From assembly GCA_963810925.1 (NCBI GenBank), contig CAWEPF010000010.1, forward strand, positions 47,407 to 111,406: a stretch of 64,000 bases of DNA. Reading direction: 5' to 3'. The number at the start of each line of letters is the position of its first letter. Positions within the stretch are counted from its first letter, which is position 1. The notes under the pieces were generated by a model. It had not been told where the DNA came from. It ran no database searches and was given only the letters and a program-made list of their open reading frames with translations. Position numbers and translations under genes: made by a program. The DNA comes from an uncultured Chloroflexia bacterium (lineage in GTDB: Bacteria; Chloroflexota; Limnocylindria; QHBO01). This document shows positions 19,223-28,120 of this stretch, piece after piece.

Positions 19223-20295
19223 CGTCGCCCCGCACCGTGATCACCGGCTGGGGGATGTATGCCCCGGCCCGGATCATGACCAACGACGAACTGTCGCGGA
19301 TCGTGGACACGTCCGACGAATGGATCAGGAGCCGGACCGGGATCCGCGAGCGACGGATCGCCGCCGATGACGAGACGACCACCACCCTGGCCACCAACGC
19401 CGGCCGCGATGCGCTGGCCGTGGCCGGCCTCGATCCGGCGGACCTGGACCTCGTGATCGTGGCCACCGCGAGCCCCGACTACCTCATGCCGGCCACCGGC
19501 GTGCTCGTCGCGCGGGACCTGGGCGCCACCCGCGCGGCCGGGTTTGACCTCAATGCCGCGTGCTCCGGGTTCCTCTTTGGCCTCGCGGCGGGGGCGAGCT
19601 TCGTGGGCAGCGGGATGTATCGGAACGTGCTGGTGGTTGGCGTGGACCTCCTGAGCCGCTACCTGGACTGGACCGATCGGAACACGTGCGTTCTCTTCGG
19701 CGACGGGGCGGGGGCCGTTGTCCTGTCCGCGTCCGACGAGCCCGGCGGGTTGCTCGGCATCCAGCTGTACAGCGATGGCACCGGAGCCGAGGGGATCATC
19801 ATCCCCGGCGGCGGGACGGCACACCCGGCCACGGCCGAGACGGTTGCCGACCGCCTGCACTTCATGCGCATGGCGGGCAAGGAGGTCTATCGATACGCCA
19901 CCCGCCAGCTGGCCGATACCACCCAGGCCGCCGTGGCCAACGCGGGCCTCCGCATGGCCGACGTCGACCTGTTCCTGTACCACCAGGCCAACATGCGGAT
20001 CCTCGACACCGTCCGCGAGCTGCTGAACGTGCCAGCAGAGAAGGTCTTCGTGAACATCGACCGATACGGCAACACCTCGGCAGCCTCCGTTCCCATGGCC
20101 CTCACAGAGGCCGTCGCCGCGGGCCGCGTCCACAAGGGCGACCGGATCCTGATGGGCGCCTTCGGCTCGGGCTACACGGCCGGCGCCGCGGTGGTCGAAT
20201 GGACCGCGGATCCGCTCCGCGCGTTCCTCGCCCCCGGGGAGCAGACGCGCGCCGGCCAGCCCCAGCGCGAGCCGGTCACGGCGGGGAGCGCCTGA
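19219..20295 (+). CDS. fabH: beta-ketoacyl-ACP synthase III
   Basis: The GTG start overlaps the accB stop (GTGA). TSDEWIRSRTGIRERR, NAACSGF and the HQAN motif are present. Confidence 0.9.
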   Translation: MTSPRTVITGWGMYAPARIMTNDELSRIVDTSDEWIRSRTGIRERRIAADDETTTTLATNAGRDALAVAGLDPADLDLVIVATASPDYLMPATGVLVARDLGATRAAGFDLNAACSGFLFGLAAGASFVGSGMYRNVLVVGVDLLSRYLDWTDRNTCVLFGDGAGAVVLSASDEPGGLLGIQLYSDGTGAEGIIIPGGGTAHPATAETVADRLHFMRMAGKEVYRYATRQLADTTQAAVANAGLRMADVDLFLYHQANMRILDTVRELLNVPAEKVFVNIDRYGNTSAASVPMALTEAVAAGRVHKGDRILMGAFGSGYTAGAAVVEWTADPLRAFLAPGEQTRAGQPQREPVTAGSA

Positions 20296-21050
20296 TGTTC
20301 GACCTCACCGGCCGCGCGGCCCTCGTCACCGGTGGCAGCCGGGGTATCGGGCGGGCGATCGCCCTGGCGTTCGCCCGCCAGGGTGCCGACGTGGCGGTGA
20401 ACTACCGCGAGAGCGCCGCAGGCGCGGAGGCGGTGGTGGCCGAGATCACGGCCATGGGCCGACGGGCGGTCGCCATCCAGGGCAGCACCGCCGACGGGCG
20501 CGACGCCTGCGAGGCCATCGTGAAGGCCGCTTTGGAGGCATTCGAGAAGGTCGACATCCTCGTCAACAACGCCGGCATCACCCGCGACGACCTGATCATG
20601 CGGATGGATCCCGAGGACTGGGACGCGGTCATCGCGACCAACCTGTCGGGGCCGTTCTGGATGACCAAGGCCGTCTCCCGGCCGATGATGAAAGCCCGGT
20701 ACGGGCGGATCATCAACATGTCCAGCGTGGCCGGACGGATGGGCAACGTGGGTCAGGCGAACTACGTGGCCGCCAAGGCGGGGCTCATCGGTCTGACCAA
20801 GACGACCGCTCGCGAGCTCGCCACCCGGAACGTGACCTGCAACGCGATCGCTCCTGGCCTGGTCGAGACCGACATCCTGAACAACCTGTCAGACGCGGCC
20901 CGCGAGGCCATCCTCCAGATCACGCCGCTGGGTGGTCTGGCCACCGTGGACGACGTGGCCGCCGCCGCCGTCTTCCTCGCCAGCGACGAGGCCCGCTTCC
21001 TCACCGGCCAGGTGCTGGGCGTGGACGGCGGCATCGTGATGGGGAACTGA
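20295..21050 (+). CDS. fabG: 3-oxoacyl-ACP reductase (SDR)
   Basis: The ATG at 20295 overlaps the fabH stop (TGATG). TGGSRGIGRAIA, NNAG and YVAAKAG are present. Confidence 0.9.
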   Translation: MFDLTGRAALVTGGSRGIGRAIALAFARQGADVAVNYRESAAGAEAVVAEITAMGRRAVAIQGSTADGRDACEAIVKAALEAFEKVDILVNNAGITRDDLIMRMDPEDWDAVIATNLSGPFWMTKAVSRPMMKARYGRIINMSSVAGRMGNVGQANYVAAKAGLIGLTKTTARELATRNVTCNAIAPGLVETDILNNLSDAAREAILQITPLGGLATVDDVAAAAVFLASDEARFLTGQVLGVDGGIVMGN

Positions 21051-21058
21051 GGACACTG

Positions 21059-21646
21059 ATGACCGTGTTCACGCCCGAGGTCCTGATCGGCATCCGCTGG
21101 GTGCACTTCGTGGCCGGTATCACCTGGATCGGCCTGCTCTACTGGTTCAACCTCGTGAACGTCCCGTTCCAGCGGGTGCTCGATCCATCGGTCAAGGGCC
21201 AGGTCAACCCGCCACTGTTCACCCGAGCCCTGGCCTGGTTCCGCTGGTCGGCGGTCGTCACCATCACCGCCGGCCTGCTGCTCATCTACGGCCTGTACTG
21301 GCAGGACGGGAACCTGTTCGGCAGCAAGACCGAGATCACGATCTTCTTCGGCGGTCTGCTGGGCGTGATCATGCTGGCCAACGTGTGGATGGTCATCTGG
21401 CCCAACCAGCGCCGGACGCTGGCCGCCATGCAGGCGGGCCAGCCCCCGGATCCGACGTGGCCGCGCAACGCCCTGTACGCGTCGCGGATCAACTTCGCGC
21501 TCTCATTCCCCATGCTGTTCTTCATGGCCGGCTCGACCCACTACCCGCTGGACCTGGTTGGGGTCGCGGTCGTGGGGTCCATCCTGGCCGTGCTCGGCGC
21601 GGTCGTCGTGATGACCGTGCAGAAGTACCAGGTGGCCCGCTTCTAG
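21059..21646 (+). CDS. integral membrane protein resembling the N-terminal membrane domain of PuuD-type proteins
   Basis: 195 aa with 4-5 TM segments. The motif IRWVHFVAGITWIGLLYWFNLV is present. The functional label is tentative. Confidence 0.55.
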   Translation: MTVFTPEVLIGIRWVHFVAGITWIGLLYWFNLVNVPFQRVLDPSVKGQVNPPLFTRALAWFRWSAVVTITAGLLLIYGLYWQDGNLFGSKTEITIFFGGLLGVIMLANVWMVIWPNQRRTLAAMQAGQPPDPTWPRNALYASRINFALSFPMLFFMAGSTHYPLDLVGVAVVGSILAVLGAVVVMTVQKYQVARF

Positions 21647-21661
21647 GCTGCGGCGCCTCGC

Positions 21662-22834
21662 CTACTCGGTGAAGGCGAAGGTGTTCATGAACGCGTCGAA
21701 CTCGTCCTGAACCGCCGATTCCTCACCCGGTGCGGCAATCGTGGCCAGCTGGATCTCGTATCCATACGTGCCGTCGAACAGGGGCAGGTGCAGCAGGAGG
21801 CTGTTCGCGTCCGCATAGGCATTGCGATAGGCGACCAGCGTGCTGGAGATCGACCCCACCTCGTACGGCAGGCTGCCCGACGGCGTTGCGCCGAGTGACG
21901 CCATGGTGGCCAGGGATGCCGCCGAGAAGGCCTCCTGCGACATCTGCTCGGGCGTCGGAGCGGAGAGCGTGACCGAGAACAACGTGTTCTCGTCTGGGGC
22001 GGTGAAGAGCAGCGTTCCGAAGGCCGCGTCGGAGGACCAGCCCTCAGGGTAGGCGACCGTGAATGGTGCGTCTGCCGCGTCCCACCAGACCCATGTCTCG
22101 TCGGGGATGTCGATCACCACCGGGGAATCCAGGTCCGTGAACTCGAAGTCGATCGCCACCTCCGCGTCGGCGAGAGCGCCGGTGTCGAGGCCCTGGGTCC
22201 AGGTCATGCCGACCGAGAACCCGGCCGGCATCCCATCCGCCTCGGCGAAGAACGCCATGGACACCTCCGCGTTGGCCATGGACGGATCGGTCAGTCCCAG
22301 CGCCGCGGGATCCAGGTCGATCGGGTCGGTCGGCGTGAGCTCGTGGACGGTCCGGCCGTAGTGCTCGGTTTCGCCGGCATCGCGCAGGGATTCGAGCCCA
22401 GCCAGGATCTCGCTGAGGTTGGAACTGTCTTCGGCACCGGTGTCGGGCGCGCTGAGCACGAATGGTCCGCCATCGGTGCTCGAGTAGGTGTCGGTGCCCA
22501 CCGACACTTCGTCCATCTGCTGGCTCACGCCCGCCATCTCCATGGTGAGCGAGCTCGCCGAATCACCGCCTGCGAAGCGGTACTCGCCGCTGATGGTGCC
22601 GTCGATCGTGATGCCTTCGCTGGCGATCGTCAGTGTGCCCGTGACGTCGCTCACCCCTTCGAAGCTGGGGCTCGACAGCTCGTCGACGAAGACCTGGGCG
22701 ATGTCCGGGGTGGCTTCCGGCGTGGCAGCCAGGCTGGGGCTGGGCGTCGCCGTCGGAGCGGTGCACCCAGCCAGGATTGCCGTGATCAGAAACGCGGTCC
22801 CGAGGGCCGCAGATCGTGTGCTCAAGCGATTCAT
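21662..22834 (-). CDS. hypothetical lipoprotein
   Basis: Signal peptide plus lipobox ILAGC. Ser/Thr/Asp-rich extracytoplasmic protein of 390 aa. Confidence 0.6.
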   Translation of the reverse strand: MNRLSTRSAALGTAFLITAILAGCTAPTATPSPSLAATPEATPDIAQVFVDELSSPSFEGVSDVTGTLTIASEGITIDGTISGEYRFAGGDSASSLTMEMAGVSQQMDEVSVGTDTYSSTDGGPFVLSAPDTGAEDSSNLSEILAGLESLRDAGETEHYGRTVHELTPTDPIDLDPAALGLTDPSMANAEVSMAFFAEADGMPAGFSVGMTWTQGLDTGALADAEVAIDFEFTDLDSPVVIDIPDETWVWWDAADAPFTVAYPEGWSSDAAFGTLLFTAPDENTLFSVTLSAPTPEQMSQEAFSAASLATMASLGATPSGSLPYEVGSISSTLVAYRNAYADANSLLLHLPLFDGTYGYEIQLATIAAPGEESAVQDEFDAFMNTFAFTE

Positions 22835-22909
22835 TTCCGTCGTCCTCCGTTGCGCGGGCGCCAGCCGAAAAGCCGACGTGTGGGCGCGTTTTGGGAACCG
22901 TACGGGTGA

Positions 22910-22953
22910 GGAACTGCGGTCAGACCGGGGGCGGAACTGCGGTCAGACTGCGG
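22910..22953. repeat. Tandem direct repeat GGAACTGCGGTCAGAC x2 (period 23 bp), plus a partial third copy, upstream of sodN
   Basis: Copies at 22910-22925 and 22933-22948, followed by TGCGG. Both read directly from the sequence. Confidence 0.8.
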
Positions 22954-23011
22954 AAGCGCCGTGAGCGTCCGTCACCGTGCCGCGATCGCCCGCATGGGGC
23001 ACAATCGGTCC

Positions 23012-23431
23012 ATGTTGACCATTCGCCGACTCATCCATCCCACCCGCCACGTGGCCGCTCATTGCGACCTGCCATGTGGGGTCTACGACCCGGTACAGGC
23101 CCGGATCGAGGCCGAATCGTGCCTGCGCATCATCGAGAAGCACGACGCCAGCGAGGACGCCCTGTTCCGCGCCCGGTGCATCCACCTCAAGGAGGAGCGC
23201 GCCGAGCTCGTGAAGCACCATCTCGACGTCCTGTGGCACGACTACTTCAAGCCCGAGCACCTCGAGGCCCATCCGGATCTCCACGAGGCGTTCTGGCAGG
23301 CCACCAAGCAGGCGTCCAAGGTGAAGCAGACGCTTGACGTCCAGGCCGCCAAGGACCTGCTGACCGCCATCGACCGCATCGACGACATGTGGAAGTCCAC
23401 CGGCGGACCCGAGAAGACCAGGGTCCACTGA
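23012..23431 (+). CDS. sodN: nickel-containing superoxide dismutase precursor
   Basis: 16-aa propeptide followed by the Ni-hook HCDLPCGVYDP. The -10-like CACAAT at 23000-23005 lies 6 nt before the ATG. Confidence 0.9.
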   Translation: MLTIRRLIHPTRHVAAHCDLPCGVYDPVQARIEAESCLRIIEKHDASEDALFRARCIHLKEERAELVKHHLDVLWHDYFKPEHLEAHPDLHEAFWQATKQASKVKQTLDVQAAKDLLTAIDRIDDMWKSTGGPEKTRVH

Positions 23432-23467
23432 CCGATACCTGACCGGGTTCACGGTCAGACCAGACCG

Positions 23468-23881
23468 ATGCGCCCGGGAGGCGTCCTCGTTGCCGCCGGC
23501 CTGGCGGCGGCTGCCGCCGTGGTCGGCGTCGCCGTGTCGCGCGCCCTCCGTGATCTCGACGCCGTGGCGGTCACCGGCCGATCCATGGTCCCCACCCTCG
23601 AGCCGGGCGACCGGCTGATCGTGGAGGCGCGCTCGTATCGGAGGCGCTCGCCGCTCCCCGGGGAGATCGTCCTGGCCGCCGACCCGCGCGCCCCGCATCG
23701 CGAGCTCGTGAAGCGGGTCGCCGCCCTGGAGGGCGGGGCCGTCACCATCCTGGGCGACAACCCCGACAGCACCGATTCGCGCACGTTCGGTCTCGTGCCC
23801 GCTTCATCGGTGCGCTGGCGGGTGCTGTTCCGGTACTGGCCACCCCGACGGATCGGTTTCGTGGGCCGACTCAGCCGGTAA
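23468..23881 (+). CDS. sodX: Ni-SOD maturation protease (S26 signal-peptidase family)
   Basis: GRSMVPTLEPGD, KRV and GDNPDSTDSR motifs. Located immediately downstream of sodN. Confidence 0.85.
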   Translation: MRPGGVLVAAGLAAAAAVVGVAVSRALRDLDAVAVTGRSMVPTLEPGDRLIVEARSYRRRSPLPGEIVLAADPRAPHRELVKRVAALEGGAVTILGDNPDSTDSRTFGLVPASSVRWRVLFRYWPPRRIGFVGRLSR

Positions 23882-24242
23882 GGGCGGCGACCGCCTCCCC
23901 GCACGGCGCGACTGCCGCCGGCAGCATCACGACCCCCACTCCTGCCTCCGCGCCCACGAGCCACTCGGCACCAGGACCGGGCCGGACCGCGATTCGGGCC
24001 TCGGCCGCGCGCTCGCGGACGAACGCCACCACCGGTCCCAGGCCGGCGTCGCCAAACTCCGCCCGCACCGCTCCGGTGTCGATCACGACCACCGTCGGGA
24101 CCCGCAAAACGATGGCCTGGTGGAGCCGCGCCGCATCGTTGTAGAAGAAGACCAGTGCCCCGGTCAGGCGCTCGTCCAGGATCGCGGCCAGTTCGTGGTC
24201 GCGGGTCAGGCAGTAGACAAGCGGCTCCGCTGGAGTGCCCAC
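23871..24242 (-). CDS. hypothetical protein
   Basis: 123-aa ORF with plausible amino-acid composition and no recognised motif. Confidence 0.35.
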   Translation of the reverse strand: MGTPAEPLVYCLTRDHELAAILDERLTGALVFFYNDAARLHQAIVLRVPTVVVIDTGAVRAEFGDAGLGPVVAFVRERAAEARIAVRPGPGAEWLVGAEAGVGVVMLPAAVAPCGEAVAALTG

Positions 24243-24459
24243 GATCAGAGCGTATCATCGGCCTCCCATGATTCGGACCATGCAGCTCGTCCTCCTGGGA
24301 AGTGCGATTGCCGCCACGATCGCGGTCATCGCGTTCGTGGACCAGGGGTCCCACTCGGTCAGCGACACGCTGTACGGCTCGGCGATCTACGTGATGCTGA
24401 TCTGGGTCGGGGCCGCGCTCGCGTTCTACGCGCTCGGCAGGCGGAAGTCATGGCCGTAA
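24235..24459 (+). CDS. small two-TM membrane protein (start possibly ATG 24268)
   Basis: Two hydrophobic segments. The 3' end overlaps the deoC start. Confidence 0.35.
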   Translation: MPTIRAYHRPPMIRTMQLVLLGSAIAATIAVIAFVDQGSHSVSDTLYGSAIYVMLIWVGAALAFYALGRRKSWP

Positions 24460-25421
24460 CCCCCGGCGCAACCAAGACGCCGGCGCGTCGGCGGGCGCCG
24501 CTGAGCGCGTCGCGGCACCAGGCGCTCGGCAACCTGCTCGGTCGGGTCTGGGCGGTTGACCAGGTGGGAGTCGAGGAGCGCGCGGCCATGCTCGCCAAGC
24601 GGAGCATCAAGCGCGAGTCGAAGCTGTGGGCCCTCGACTTGGCCATCCGGATGATGGATCTCACCACGCTCGAGGGGAAGGACACGCCGGGTAAGATCCG
24701 AGCCCTGGCAGGCAAGGCGGTCCGTCCCGATCCCACCGACCCCACCATCCCGTCAGTCGCTGCCCTGTGCGTCTACCCGAACATGATCGCGGCCGCCAAG
24801 AAGGCGCTCGCCGGCTCATCGGTCAAGGTCGCCTCGGTGGCCACCTACTTCCCGTCGGGCCAGGCTCCGCTCGAGGTCAAGCTCGAGGACGTCCGCGAGG
24901 CGGTCGCTGCCGGCGCGGACGAGATCGACATGGTCATCGACCGCGGCGCGTACCTGGCCGGAGACTACGGGAAGGTCTACGACGAGATCGTGGCCGTGAA
25001 GCAGGCGGCCCGCCCTGCGCACTTGAAGGTCATCCTCGAGACGGGCGAGCTCGAGACATACGACAACGTGCGCCGCGCATCGGTCCTGGCCATGGCCGCT
25101 GGCGCTGATTTCATCAAGACCTCCACCGGCAAGGTCCAGCCCGCATCAACACTGCCCGTGACCCTGGTCATGCTGGAGGCCATCCGCGACTTCCACGCTC
25201 AGACCGGGCGGGCAGTGGGCATGAAGCCCGCCGGCGGGATTCGGACCTCCAAGGAGGCGATCGCCTACCTGACCGTGCTGTACGAAACCCTGGGTCCCGC
25301 CTGGATGACACCTGACCGATTCCGCTTCGGTGCGTCCAGCCTCCTGAACGACGTCCTCATGCAGATCCGCAAGGAGCGCACCGGCCGCTACAGCGGCGGC
25401 GACTACTTCACGATCGACTGA
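24450..25421 (+). CDS. deoC: deoxyribose-phosphate aldolase (long actinobacterial type)
   Basis: Internal ATG at 24450. DLTTLEG, ADEIDMVI and FIKTSTGK (Schiff-base Lys context) are present. Confidence 0.9.
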   Translation: MAVTPGATKTPARRRAPLSASRHQALGNLLGRVWAVDQVGVEERAAMLAKRSIKRESKLWALDLAIRMMDLTTLEGKDTPGKIRALAGKAVRPDPTDPTIPSVAALCVYPNMIAAAKKALAGSSVKVASVATYFPSGQAPLEVKLEDVREAVAAGADEIDMVIDRGAYLAGDYGKVYDEIVAVKQAARPAHLKVILETGELETYDNVRRASVLAMAAGADFIKTSTGKVQPASTLPVTLVMLEAIRDFHAQTGRAVGMKPAGGIRTSKEAIAYLTVLYETLGPAWMTPDRFRFGASSLLNDVLMQIRKERTGRYSGGDYFTID

Positions 25422-25887
25422 CCGTCTGGTCGTCGACTCGCCGTAGCGCGCCCGTCAAGTGTCGGGTCGAAGACTCGACTTTGAAGGTCGTCATCTCGAA
25501 GTCGTACGTCAGCTCGTCGCCATTGAGCCGATAGGAACGCCGCGTGGCGACCAGCGGCGAGGCATTCGCCGCGCGACCGACACTCGTGGACTTCAGCTCC
25601 ACTATTCCGGGACGGATCGTCCCCTCCGAGACCTCCGCGGTCCGCGGTTGGGCAATGGTGGCCGCCAGTACGCCGTCTGGCGTCGCCCGCCAGGAACCGG
25701 CTTCGGCATGAAGGACTTCGCCGCTCCCCGGATCCCAGGCACGTTGGAGGTAGGCGACGTCACGACTGCCGACGTCAAGGAATCGCACCTCCTCCTCGTA
25801 CGGGAAGGTGCCCATCCCCGGGAACTCGCCGGTCCCGCTCCCACGCCACGTCCCGAGCAGCGGGGCTAGCAAGGGTTCGACGGCCAT
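25408..25887 (-). CDS. nitrobindin / FABP-family heme-binding beta-barrel protein (DUF1794)
   Basis: LLGTWRGSGTGEFPGMGTFPYEEEVRF at the N-terminus is typical of this family. Confidence 0.7.
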   Translation of the reverse strand: MAVEPLLAPLLGTWRGSGTGEFPGMGTFPYEEEVRFLDVGSRDVAYLQRAWDPGSGEVLHAEAGSWRATPDGVLAATIAQPRTAEVSEGTIRPGIVELKSTSVGRAANASPLVATRRSYRLNGDELTYDFEMTTFKVESSTRHLTGALRRVDDQTVSRS

Positions 25888-25920
25888 GCCCCCAGCCTAT
25901 CAGCGCCGTACGCTTGCGCG

Positions 25921-26439
25921 GTGCCTCACGAATCGGGCGCGCGGCGCGTTTCACGACCAGTGAGCCTGCCGCCGTTCCAGCGCCTCGTCGACGACCACGC
26001 CATCGAGCTGCACCGCTTCCTCGTCGGCTGCGTCGGGCCCGATGCCGCCGAGGACTGCCTCCAGGAGACCTTCATGGCTGCCCTTCGTGCCTACCCGAGA
26101 CTCCGTCACGCGGACAACCTGCGGGCCTGGCTGTACACGATCGCCCACCGCAAGGCGACCGATACGGTCCGCGTCCGAGCGCGTCGACCCGCCACGGTCG
26201 CCCTGGACGGCCTGACACCTGCCGCGGAGCCCTCCACCCAGCCCGTCTCGCCGGCCGATGACGGTCTGTGGTCCGCCGTTCGGGAGCTGCCCGCCAAGCA
26301 GCGCGCGGCCGTCGTCCATCGGTATGTGCTCGACCTGGACTACCGGCAGATCGCCGAGCGGATGGGCACCTCCGAGGAAGCCGCCCGCCAGAATGTCAGC
26401 GCCGGGCTGCGCCGGCTGAGGGTCGAGGTGGACCGATGA
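25921..26439 (+). CDS. ECF-type RNA polymerase sigma factor
   Basis: Region 2 (AEDCLQETFMAALRAYPRLRHADNLRAWLYTIAHRKATD) and region 4 (AVVHRYVLDLDYRQIAERMGTSEEAARQNV) are recognisable. Confidence 0.8.
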   Translation: MPHESGARRVSRPVSLPPFQRLVDDHAIELHRFLVGCVGPDAAEDCLQETFMAALRAYPRLRHADNLRAWLYTIAHRKATDTVRVRARRPATVALDGLTPAAEPSTQPVSPADDGLWSAVRELPAKQRAAVVHRYVLDLDYRQIAERMGTSEEAARQNVSAGLRRLRVEVDR

Positions 26440-27053
26440 CCGATCTTGAGCGGCGGCTCTCCCGACCCGTGACCCCTTCGGTGGATCCCGGGCAGGTCAC
26501 GGCAGAGCTTGCTCGCCGCGCCGATGCCGCCGGTTTGCTCGACGTGGCCTGGGCCACCCTCGACACGCCGCTGGGGCCGATCGCCGTGTTCGTGACCCCG
26601 CGTGGTCTCGTCCGGGTCGCGTACGACCGGGAGAACTTCGGTGACGTGGCGGAAGAGGTCGCCGAGCAGGTGTCGCCACGCGTCCTGGTGGCTCCTCGCC
26701 GTACCGATCCGGTCCGCGCGCAGCTCGACGAGTACTTCGGGGAGCGGCGTCATCGGTTCGACCTGCCCATCGACTGGACCCTGGTCCATGGCTTCAACCA
26801 GGGCGTGCTGCGCGCCACCGCCGAGATCCCGTTTGGGGAGACGGCCAGCTACGGAGACGTGGCGGCTGCCGCCGGCTCACCGCGCGCCGCGCGAGCCGCG
26901 GGGAACGCACTCGCCGGCAACCCGATCCCCATCGTCGTGCCCTGCCACCGGGTCATCCACGCCGATGGCGGGATCGGCGGCTATACCGGCGGCCTGGACA
27001 ACAAGCGGTTCCTGCTCCGCCTCGAGGGCGTCAGCCCGCCTCGCGAGGTCTAG
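26436..27053 (+). CDS. ogt: methylated-DNA--protein-cysteine methyltransferase
   Basis: The ATG overlaps the sigma gene stop (ATGA). The active site is IVVPCHRVI, and GNALAGNPIP is present. Confidence 0.85.
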   Translation: MTDLERRLSRPVTPSVDPGQVTAELARRADAAGLLDVAWATLDTPLGPIAVFVTPRGLVRVAYDRENFGDVAEEVAEQVSPRVLVAPRRTDPVRAQLDEYFGERRHRFDLPIDWTLVHGFNQGVLRATAEIPFGETASYGDVAAAAGSPRAARAAGNALAGNPIPIVVPCHRVIHADGGIGGYTGGLDNKRFLLRLEGVSPPREV

Positions 27054-28000
27054 TATCCGTAGGGCGGGAGGACGGGCACCAGGTCGGCGCAGGTCGGGAA
27101 ACCGTCAACGGTGCGCGGGCTCAGGTACAGGCCCACCCACCCGGCGTCGGTCGCAACGTCGACCCGTCTGCTGGGGTCGACCCCGACCCCGGATAGCCCG
27201 GCGGCCAGGTCTGCTGCCTGCGACGGCTCGAGGTACCCGCATCGTCCCGTGCTGATTTCGTTCGCGGCGACTATCCCTCCGAACGCTTCAATGGGCCCCT
27301 CGAAGGGCCATGTCACGCCCACGGCGGAGGGCAGACCCTCGGGGGCCGGCTCCGACCACACCGTCACCCACAGCAGGTAGGCGGTCGCCTGGTACGGAGT
27401 CCAATTCGATGTCGCCCAACCATCGGGGTCGACCCAGTTCGATACGTCCATCAAGAGACGGGCGAGGCGATCAAGCTCCTTCCGCTCAGGCGATGGAGCG
27501 AAGTACTGGGCCTCGTACTCGTCACCGAGCCAGCCCGAGGAGGTCACGACCACCGCATCCGCGCCTTCGCCCACCGTGAATGTCCACACGGTGGCAATGA
27601 TCCCGATCGGGATCTGCATGGGATCGTCAGGCGGGATGAACTCTGCCTGATAGTCGCCGCTGGCCTGGAGCAACGGCGCCGCGAGAACCTCCTCGGCGAC
27701 CTGTTGCAGCCCGGTGGCCGTCAGCGATCGCGTGGTCCACGGGTCGCCACCCAGGACGACCTGGCCGTCGGACATGATCTCCACGCTGAGGGTGAGGGTT
27801 GGCGGGTTGGGGATCCGTGCTGTCAGCCGAACCGTCAGCCCCGTCTCGGGCGCCGGCGACACGGTCGGCGACGGCCTTTCGGTTGCCGCCGGCTGCGACG
27901 CGCTGGCCGAGGCGCTAAGGGATGCCGACGACGTCGGTGAGCAACTGGCCACAATGACCAGGACCGAAACCGCCACGCCGAAACCGCGGATGAGCTTCAT
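27050..28000 (-). CDS. hypothetical lipoprotein
   Basis: Signal peptide with lipobox VASC, followed by a Ser/Ala/Pro linker. Confidence 0.55.
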   Translation of the reverse strand: MKLIRGFGVAVSVLVIVASCSPTSSASLSASASASQPAATERPSPTVSPAPETGLTVRLTARIPNPPTLTLSVEIMSDGQVVLGGDPWTTRSLTATGLQQVAEEVLAAPLLQASGDYQAEFIPPDDPMQIPIGIIATVWTFTVGEGADAVVVTSSGWLGDEYEAQYFAPSPERKELDRLARLLMDVSNWVDPDGWATSNWTPYQATAYLLWVTVWSEPAPEGLPSAVGVTWPFEGPIEAFGGIVAANEISTGRCGYLEPSQAADLAAGLSGVGVDPSRRVDVATDAGWVGLYLSPRTVDGFPTCADLVPVLPPYGY

Positions 28001-28120
28001 GGCACCTCATGGTCCCCTCAGCCGCAATCGGTGCCCAGTGCCGAATGCCACCACTTCGACCGGCCGAACGAACCCCGCTCTGCGGCACCCGTTGGGCACG
28101 GTCAGTCCATAATCGGCGCG

